Shown: positions 1 through 5,214 of the stretch, one piece after another
Layout of the letters: every line of letters begins with the position of its first letter
Numbering within the stretch: position 1 is the stretch's first letter
From: an uncultured Opitutales bacterium
GTDB taxonomy: Bacteria; Verrucomicrobiota; Verrucomicrobiia; Opitutales; UBA9783
Assembly: GCA_934691225.1 (NCBI GenBank)
Contig: CAKUSQ010000008.1
Location: 1-5,214 of the forward strand
DNA length: 5,214 nucleotides
Reading direction: 5' to 3'
The notes under the pieces: model-generated
Told to the model about the DNA's origin: nothing
Seen by the model: only the letters and a program-made list of their open reading frames with translations
Database searches by the model: none
Translations under genes and position numbers: made by a program

Positions 1-1
1 T

Positions 2-304
2 GAACCTGTTAATGACCTAAACATAGAAGGTGAGGAAGGATGTTTATCGTTACCAGATGTGCGTGGAAATGTTAAACGTTATCATCAGATTATATTAACT
101 TATCAAGATTTGGAGGGGGTAGGGCATACATTACAATGTTCAGGTTTGCTCGCACGCTGCATTCAACATGAATGGGATCATTTACAGGGAATTTTGTTTA
201 TTGATAGAATGTCAAAAATTGAACGACGTGAAAATAAAAATCTGCTTAATGATATCAAGGCATTAGGCGGTTCTTTTGATTACATGGATGATTTGGAATG
301 CTAA
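2..304 (+). CDS. def: Peptide deformylase, C-terminal part (5' end lies outside the window)
   Basis: The frame is open from nt 2. It translates as EPVNDLNIEGEEGCLSLPDVRGNVKRY...ARCIQHEWDHLQGILFIDRMS. EGCLS (nt 35-49) and HEWDH (nt 167-181) are the metal-binding motifs 2 and 3 of peptide deformylase. The stop TAA is at 302-304. The track's start at 59 is a GTG artefact, because EGCLS lies upstream of it in the same frame. Confidence 0.92.
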   Translation, partial: EPVNDLNIEGEEGCLSLPDVRGNVKRYHQIILTYQDLEGVGHTLQCSGLLARCIQHEWDHLQGILFIDRMSKIERRENKNLLNDIKALGGSFDYMDDLEC

Positions 305-318
305 AACTTAGATAAAAA

Positions 319-2196
319 ATGCTTCAAATTTTATCATTGATAACAAAATTATTGAATAAGCTACCTGCTTGTTGGATAAAAGTTTTGTGCAATTGTTTTG
401 GTTGTTTTATTTATTACGGTTTAAAATCAAGGCGGCAGATTCTTTTAAAAAATCTATATATTGTTTTTCCTAAGAAAACTGAAAAATGGCGCCGAAAATT
501 AGCACGTTTAAATTGTTGTCGTTGGGTAGAAACAGCCTGGATGTTTTTAGTATCTTCACATTGGGAAAAAGAAACCATACAGAAAACATTCACTATATCA
601 CCCGCTTTAAAAAATTGGATTGATAATTTCAATAAAAATCCTAAAGCTACGGTAGTACTTGTTCCGCATCTCAATCTGATGGAGTCGTTGACGTGGTTAC
701 CGGCATTTTTCGAAACATTTCCTGTATCAGGTGTGGTTTACAGGCCTTTTCGAACAAAATGGTTTGAAAATTGGATCCGTAAAACGCGTGAACGATTCGG
801 GTTGCAGCTTATATCGCGAAAACGTGGCGTATTACCCTTAGAAAAAATTCTGAAAAACAATGGCATTGTAAGCATTCTTTTTGATCAATCGGCAGGAGAA
901 ACCGGTTGTTTAACCACTTTTTTTAGTCGATTAGCATCATCGACGGATTTACCAGGACGTTTAGTGGAAAAATACAACACAGATGTAGTAGCTATTTTTA
1001 TGCGCAGGACCCAGTTTTGCCAAGGTGAGTTTTGCATTGAAGAGATTGCTACACCTAAAACAGCACTAGGGGTTACTCTAGAAGCTAATCGATGGTTGGA
1101 ATCGAAATTGTCGAGCGAGTCATGCTTTTATGAAAATTGGCTGTGGATGCATCGTCGCTGGAAGATTCAACATTGGCCATTGCGTCGCTTTAATATTTCA
1201 CAAAAACGAAATTGGTTACCTGAAGTTTGTTCTTATTTTAATTGGTCGCAACTTCCTAAAACAAATCAAGTTTGGTTTCGTATGCCGAATTGGTTAGGGG
1301 ACTGTGTTATGGCTTACCCGATTCTTAAGGCGATTCGCAAAGCGCGTCCAGATTTTTGCATACATCTTGTGGTACAAAAATATTTAGCGCCTTTGCTGCA
1401 ACACTATTTCCCAGCTGACTTTATCCATGTATTACCGCAAAAATCGGGCTTGTCTTACTTTGATAGTTTTTGGAAAATTCGCCAACAATATCCGGATTTA
1501 TGGGTCAACTTTACCAATTCAATACGAAGTGATATAGAGGCTTGGTGTTCAGGGGCTCCTCAACGTTTTGGATTAAAAAAAACATGGCGCCCTTTATTAA
1601 CACATACCTATCCATATGAAATTAAACCCAATGAGCATCAAACAGAGCTATGGTATCGTTTTGCACAAAATTTTGGATTAAAGGAACCGCTTTGTACAGA
1701 TCCTGTTAACCACACACATGTTTCATCGAATATATCTGTATTTGGCTGTTTTTTGGGTTCTTCAAATACACCTGAAAAACGTTGGCCTATGTATTGTTGG
1801 CAGGAATTAATTTGGGCGTTACTTAAAAAATTTCCTGAATCTAACTGTGTTTTGTTAGGTAGTGAAAAAGATGCACTGTTCTGTGAAGAAATTTTGATAA
1901 ATTTACCTCAAGATAGAGTGAAAAATCTAGCCGGTAAAACATCGCTTATACAATTAACTCATGTGCTCGAAACGCTTGATTTTATCGTAGGAAATGATTC
2001 TGGCGGTATGCATTTAAGCAATTTTTTAGGTATTCCAACGGTAGGTTTGTTTGGGCCTACAAATCCTTCCTGGGGAGGTCCGTTTTACGAAAGCCCTAAA
2101 CTTATCCTTCAATCACCTTCAAAAGAAATGTACAGCCTATCTTATAAAACCGCTTATGAAAAAATTATAGAATGGCTCGATAAATCAAAGCATTAA
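319..2196 (+). CDS. Fusion protein: N-terminal LpxL/HtrB-family lipid A (Kdo2-lipid IVA) late acyltransferase and C-terminal GT9 (ADP-heptose:LPS heptosyltransferase family) glycosyltransferase
   Basis: Continuous 625-aa ORF with ATG at 319. N-terminal half: a hydrophobic N-terminal anchor; NLYIVFP; PHLNLME, an HX4E acyltransferase dyad (H117/E122, nt 667-684); YRP; ILFDQS; and WLWMHRRWK (nt 1138-1164). All of these align by eye with E. coli LpxL (VHFMSLE, YRP, PDQD, YLWIHRRFK). C-terminal half: QVWFRMPNWLGDCVMAYPILKAIRKARPD (GD at nt 1297-1302), EHQTELWYRF, EKRWPMYCWQELI (K487, nt 1777-1779), and GNDSGGMHLSNFLGIPTVGLFGPTNP (from nt 1990). These match conserved WaaC/WaaF-type GT9 motifs. A linker of about 35 aa (nt 1165-1269) joins the halves. 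Confidence 0.85.
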   Translation: MLQILSLITKLLNKLPACWIKVLCNCFGCFIYYGLKSRRQILLKNLYIVFPKKTEKWRRKLARLNCCRWVETAWMFLVSSHWEKETIQKTFTISPALKNWIDNFNKNPKATVVLVPHLNLMESLTWLPAFFETFPVSGVVYRPFRTKWFENWIRKTRERFGLQLISRKRGVLPLEKILKNNGIVSILFDQSAGETGCLTTFFSRLASSTDLPGRLVEKYNTDVVAIFMRRTQFCQGEFCIEEIATPKTALGVTLEANRWLESKLSSESCFYENWLWMHRRWKIQHWPLRRFNISQKRNWLPEVCSYFNWSQLPKTNQVWFRMPNWLGDCVMAYPILKAIRKARPDFCIHLVVQKYLAPLLQHYFPADFIHVLPQKSGLSYFDSFWKIRQQYPDLWVNFTNSIRSDIEAWCSGAPQRFGLKKTWRPLLTHTYPYEIKPNEHQTELWYRFAQNFGLKEPLCTDPVNHTHVSSNISVFGCFLGSSNTPEKRWPMYCWQELIWALLKKFPESNCVLLGSEKDALFCEEILINLPQDRVKNLAGKTSLIQLTHVLETLDFIVGNDSGGMHLSNFLGIPTVGLFGPTNPSWGGPFYESPKLILQSPSKEMYSLSYKTAYEKIIEWLDKSKH

Positions 2197-3092
2197 AATA
2201 ACTCAATTTGTTGAGAAGATGCATGAAAGTAACTTTTAAATTTTTGGAATAAGCGAGGTAAATGAAGCTGTTCTAACATTTTTGCGAAAGTTTCGTATTG
2301 AGGCTGTGTAGCTTCTAAGTCTATCATTATTGCTTCAACGTAGTCGTTGGAAATTTCTAACGCAGCTAGTTGTTGATTTTTTTTCAGCAAAGTAACGTTG
2401 TTTAAAAGGACTGTTTGAAACCTTTTAGGCATTAACACATGAATGTTTTCGTAAATTTTGTCTATAGATCCATAAGTATTTAACCATTTGGCAGCTGTTT
2501 TGGGACCTACACCTGCAATTCCAGGATAATTATCTACCTTATCTCCAATAAGCGATAAAAAATCAATTAACTGCTCTGGATAAATCCCCATTTTTTCGAA
2601 AACCCCACTGCGGTCTATCAAATTCCAACCTTGTGCGGTTGGAATAACTTGATTAACATAATCATTAACACACTGCATAAGGTCCTTATCGGCACTTACA
2701 ACCAAACATGTACGTTTTTGCATTGAAGCCCAATGGCACCATGAACCTATCAAATCATCCGCCTCAACACCTTGTTTTTCCCAGCAAAAATGCCCCAATA
2801 AAGGAATCATTTGTTTGATATAATTCAATTGCGTTTTGAAAGCATCGGGTGTTGGCAAACGATTTTCCTTATAATCAGGTAATAATTGCACACGTTTTTT
2901 AGACCGACTGCAATCAAAACATACGATCGTTTTTTTAGCCGGAAACTGTTGCTGTAACGTAAATAACGAATTGAAAAACCCATAAATTGCGTTTACAGGA
3001 ACATTTTGCCCATTCGATAAATCTTTTACACCGTAAAAACTTCGAAAAGCTAAATTGTTTCCATCAATCAATATGTAATCTACCACACGCAC
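2193..3092 (-). CDS. Stand-alone 5'-3' exonuclease / flap endonuclease (DNA polymerase I N-terminal-domain homologue)
   Basis: 299-aa ORF. Motifs: ILIDGNNLAFRSFYG; FDCSRSKKRVQLLPDYKENR; GVEADDLIGS; VVSADKDLMQ; and the H3TH motif LIGDKVDNYPGIAGVGPKTAAKWL. This is the full set of PIN-like/H3TH motifs of bacterial 5' nucleases. The start is uncertain: GTG at 3092 or GTG at 3086. There is no in-frame ATG near the N-terminus and no SD. Confidence 0.85.
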   Translation of the reverse strand: MRVVDYILIDGNNLAFRSFYGVKDLSNGQNVPVNAIYGFFNSLFTLQQQFPAKKTIVCFDCSRSKKRVQLLPDYKENRLPTPDAFKTQLNYIKQMIPLLGHFCWEKQGVEADDLIGSWCHWASMQKRTCLVVSADKDLMQCVNDYVNQVIPTAQGWNLIDRSGVFEKMGIYPEQLIDFLSLIGDKVDNYPGIAGVGPKTAAKWLNTYGSIDKIYENIHVLMPKRFQTVLLNNVTLLKKNQQLAALEISNDYVEAIMIDLEATQPQYETFAKMLEQLHLPRLFQKFKSYFHASSQQIELF

Positions 3093-3264
3093 AGTTTAAC
3101 GCTATTTATTTTCAAAATTTTTGTAAATAAAAAACATAAAATAAAACATGAAATACTAGGAAAAATTCGTGAGATAATTTTTTAATAACGAACAAAAAGA
3201 TTAGACATAATATTCATTATACGAAATGACAAGTAACTCTACGAACTGCCTGTGAACATAAAAA

Positions 3265-4341
3265 TTATTGTTGCTTTGATACCTTTTTATGCCAACAAAG
3301 TTTTTTTACTGATCCATAGCAAAAACTATCTCCAAAAGATGACTCATTGTTAAAAAATGCTAAATATGTTATTTCTTTAAAAACTTCATTTTCTGGGTTA
3401 TCACAAATGTATAACTTAAAATCATAATTTTGAATAGTTTGCTTTAATAATTTGTTGTTAAAAGTATAGTAAATATTATCATCATATTGCTGGTAAACAA
3501 TACGTCCATTTTCTTTTAACAATTCACCAAATTTTATAAAAATTTCTGGTAATATATTCTTAAATCTTTGTCCTTCGATAATAACATAATCGAAATAATT
3601 TTCAAGCTGAGGGAAAACAGTTAATATTTGTTCAAAGTGACCTATTTTCATTACATTGTAATTTTCATTAAGAGAATTAAGCCACGTATTCAAAAATAAA
3701 CTTTTTCTGTATTCTGCAGTATTATATATAATTTCAGAACCATTTGCTGGGATCTCTTGATTAAAACCAACAAATAAAATAGCTTTATCGCTGCTTTCAT
3801 CAGATATTATGCGTCTGATATTATTTTCCTCTGAACCGGTCATCTTATCAAAATCATCGGAACAATGGTAATCGGGACTTTCACTAAAAAATTTCATTAG
3901 TTTTTTATAAGTATTGATATTAAAATCTTCTGTGATTCTTTCATTAATTGGAAATTCTGTTTCACAAAATGGTGTAAAACTCTTAATTTGATGTAAATTA
4001 AAGTATAATAATAAATTTTCACGTATTGTATTACAATCACAATCATACAACTTTTTAATAATTTGAAAAAACGAATAATTCAATGGATGTGAAAAATAAT
4101 AATTAGAGGTTATTCTTTCTCGCAAAAGTAGATCATTAACCCTAACTTCTTCATGAATTTTTGTATAAATTTCTTTAATATCATGCTGATTAATTTCTTC
4201 TAACGCTAGATTTTGATAAACAAATCGCAATTCATCTATCGTTGGTTCTTGATCTCTTGCTAGGTATTCTTCCTCTGTACCCCAAAGTAATGAGATTTTA
4301 GATATTATTATAATTCCATATATAAGTACAATATTTTTCAT
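3265..4341 (-). CDS. Hypothetical protein with N-terminal signal peptide or signal anchor; no confidently recognisable domain
   Basis: An uninterrupted 358-aa ORF lies in DNA of about 20-25% G+C, where stop codons should be frequent by chance, which argues for real coding. The N-terminus MKNIVLIYGIIIISKISLLWG-TEEE is a basic residue plus a hydrophobic stretch (nt 4279-4341) with no lipobox Cys. The rest is rich in N/I/K/F/Y/E. No competing ORF exists on other frames in the track. Confidence 0.7.
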   Translation of the reverse strand: MKNIVLIYGIIIISKISLLWGTEEEYLARDQEPTIDELRFVYQNLALEEINQHDIKEIYTKIHEEVRVNDLLLRERITSNYYFSHPLNYSFFQIIKKLYDCDCNTIRENLLLYFNLHQIKSFTPFCETEFPINERITEDFNINTYKKLMKFFSESPDYHCSDDFDKMTGSEENNIRRIISDESSDKAILFVGFNQEIPANGSEIIYNTAEYRKSLFLNTWLNSLNENYNVMKIGHFEQILTVFPQLENYFDYVIIEGQRFKNILPEIFIKFGELLKENGRIVYQQYDDNIYYTFNNKLLKQTIQNYDFKLYICDNPENEVFKEITYLAFFNNESSFGDSFCYGSVKKLCWHKKVSKQQ

Positions 4342-4355
4342 ATATAAATTAAAAT

Positions 4356-4384
4356 AGTATATAAAAAAATAAAATATTTATCAA
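4356..4384 (-). promoter_or_regulatory. Candidate sigma70-type promoter for the 358-aa hypothetical gene
   Basis: The minus strand reads TTGATA (4384-4379), a 17-nt spacer, then TATACT (4361-4356), each 5/6 to consensus. The -10 element ends 14 nt upstream of ATG 4341, which implies a very short SD-less leader. Such matches arise easily by chance in sequence this AT-rich. Confidence 0.3.
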
Positions 4385-4466
4385 GAAAAACCAGTTACTA
4401 TTCATTTTGTTAAAAAAATAATAAGTAAGCTTGTCTTATACACATAAAAAGTTTTTACTGTATTGT

Positions 4467-5214
4467 ATGGTTAGCTATACAGTTATAGCAAGGCGATGGA
4501 GGCCTAAAAGATTTGAGGATTTAGTAGGACAAGAAGGCGTTGTTAAGGCGTTGTCTAATGCTATTACATCCAAAAGGATTGCGCATGCATATATTTTTGT
4601 GGGACCAAGAGGAACCGGTAAAACAAGTACAGCGCGCCTTTTTGCTATGGCGCTTAATTGTGAAGAAGGTCCACGTTTGGATTTCGACCCAGAAAGTTCA
4701 CGCTGTCAAGCTATTGCGCAAGGACGTTCGATGGATGTCATTGAAATTGATGGTGCTTCGAACAACTCTGTGGAACAAATTCGTTCTTTGCGAGAAGATT
4801 GCCAATACGCACCTAGTGATGGTGCTTATAAAATTTACATTTTAGATGAAGTTCACATGCTTAGCACCGCGGCTTTTAATGCTTTATTAAAAACGCTTGA
4901 AGAACCACCTGCACATGTCAAATTTATATTTGCGACCACTGAAATCCACAAGGTTCCTAATACCATTATTTCGCGCTGCCAATATTTTGAATTTTTCCCT
5001 TTAGAAACGGAACTTATTGAGCAACAACTAAAACGCATCGTCGATGGTGAAAATCTTCAAGCCGAACCTGCTGCTTTGCATACCATTGCGCGTTTAGCTG
5101 AAGGAGGTATGCGAGATGCGCAGTCCATGTTGGATCAATTATTAACATTTTCTGAAGGTGTTTTGACTGAAAATGCAGTTAAATCCATGTATGGATTATT
5201 AAGCACAGAAGCAT
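4467..5214 (+). CDS. dnaX: DNA polymerase III subunit gamma/tau, N-terminal AAA+ part (3' end lies outside the window)
   Basis: I translated this by hand from ATG 4467: [65 protein letters not shown]...[15 protein letters not shown]...[51 protein letters not shown]...[15 protein letters not shown]. It carries Walker A GPRGTGKT (4602-4625), Walker B DEVH (4845-4856), LLKTLEEPP, the SRC motif and the sensor-2 GxxRDA. The frame stays open to the last base. It is missing from the ORF track because no stop falls within the window. Confidence 0.94.
   Translation, partial: MVSYTVIARRWRPKRFEDLVGQEGVVKALSNAITSKRIAHAYIFVGPRGTGKTSTARLFAMALNCEEGPRLDFDPESSRCQAIAQGRSMDVIEIDGASNNSVEQIRSLREDCQYAPSDGAYKIYILDEVHMLSTAAFNALLKTLEEPPAHVKFIFATTEIHKVPNTIISRCQYFEFFPLETELIEQQLKRIVDGENLQAEPAALHTIARLAEGGMRDAQSMLDQLLTFSEGVLTENAVKSMYGLLSTEA

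Noticed and set aside
59-304. Track ORF starting at GTG 59, read as a complete 81-aa gene
   Set aside because: The same frame is open back to nt 2, and the upstream residues include the EGCLS deformylase motif. This is therefore the tail of a longer def gene truncated by the window edge.
414-674. 86-aa ORF on the minus strand
   Set aside because: It lies wholly antisense inside the well-supported acyltransferase domain. It has no recognisable motifs and looks like a typical shadow ORF.
1575-1582. A8 homopolymer inside the glycosyltransferase half as a possible phase-variation tract
   Set aside because: Equal-length tracts occur in the housekeeping exonuclease (T8 at 2377-2384) and elsewhere. 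They are expected by chance at this AT content, and 8 nt is short for slipped-strand switching.
1282-2196. Internal ATG (M322) as the start of a separate GT9 gene, so the fusion would be two genes
   Set aside because: No stop separates the halves. The GT9 first beta-strand (QVWFR) lies upstream of this ATG, and no SD or spacer precedes it.
2202-2215. Hairpin CTCAA-tttg-TTGAG just past the fusion gene stop as an intrinsic terminator
   Set aside because: The stem is only 5 bp and AT-rich, it has no following U-tract, and it lies inside the convergent exonuclease coding sequence.
3102-3149. 15-codon Phe/Tyr-rich mini-ORF (MFYFMFFIYKNFENK) on the minus strand just upstream of the exonuclease, resembling an attenuator leader peptide
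   Set aside because: It is a by-product of the T-rich tandem 12-mer. The downstream gene is not an aromatic amino-acid gene, and I found no alternative terminator/antiterminator hairpins and no SD.
3161-3193. Minus-strand stem TTCGT...ACGAA followed by T5 as a terminator for the orphan gene
   Set aside because: The stem is 5-6 bp with an approximately 18-nt loop, which is too unstable to call an intrinsic terminator without experimental 3'-end data.
4431-4459. TTGTCT-17 nt-TTTACT as a dnaX promoter, implying a nearly leaderless mRNA
   Set aside because: The -10 element lacks the conserved A at position 2. The match is poor and easily arises by chance in AT-rich DNA, so it is not reported as a feature.
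4342-4466. SRP RNA (ffs) or another small RNA upstream of dnaX, as found in some bacteria
   Set aside because: The region is extremely AT-rich. It has no GC-rich helices and no conserved SRP domain IV-like GGAA/GNAR loop motif.
4540-4845. 101-aa ORF on the plus strand
   Set aside because: It is out of frame within dnaX, whose own frame shows unmistakable Walker A/B and clamp-loader motifs. The protein sequence has no recognisable features.
4853-5038. 61-aa ORF on the minus strand
   Set aside because: It is an antisense shadow ORF inside dnaX.
4467-5214. Programmed -1 frameshift site producing the gamma subunit of DnaX
   Set aside because: In E. coli the slippery site lies far downstream (around codon 430). 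Only about 249 codons are in this window, so it cannot be assessed here.
1-5214. CRISPR arrays, tRNA/rRNA genes, IS elements/transposases, integrases and long inverted or direct repeats
   Set aside because: By-eye scanning of both strands found none. The only repeats seen are short, low-complexity A/T-rich ones.

Overview
This is an AT-rich bacterial chromosomal window with five protein-coding genes. I found no RNA genes, CRISPR arrays or recognisable mobile elements. In order: (1) the 3' end of peptide deformylase (def, + strand), with EGCLS and HEWDH motifs. (2) 14 nt downstream, a 625-aa ORF that fuses an LpxL/HtrB-type late lipid A acyltransferase (HX4E, YRP, FDQ and WLWMHRRWK motifs) to a GT9 heptosyltransferase-family glycosyltransferase (N-terminal GD, KRWP, GNDSGGMH...GLFGPTNP). 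(3) A convergent stand-alone 5'-3' exonuclease/FEN (- strand) whose stop codon interlocks with the fusion gene's stop. (4) A 358-aa orphan protein (- strand) with an N-terminal signal/anchor, lying in a marked low-GC segment. (5) The 5' part of dnaX (+ strand, DNA polymerase III gamma/tau). dnaX is absent from the supplied ORF track because it runs off the window end; two listed ORFs inside it are spurious. The items most worth a second look are the acyltransferase-GT9 fusion and the low-GC orphan gene, which has a weak, degenerate methyltransferase-like C-terminal pattern. I see no convincing multi-gene novel system here. Most of the window is housekeeping (translation, LPS, replication). None of the four visible start codons has a Shine-Dalgarno sequence. 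The taxon cannot be fixed from the window: an LPS-producing Gram-negative, possibly host-associated.
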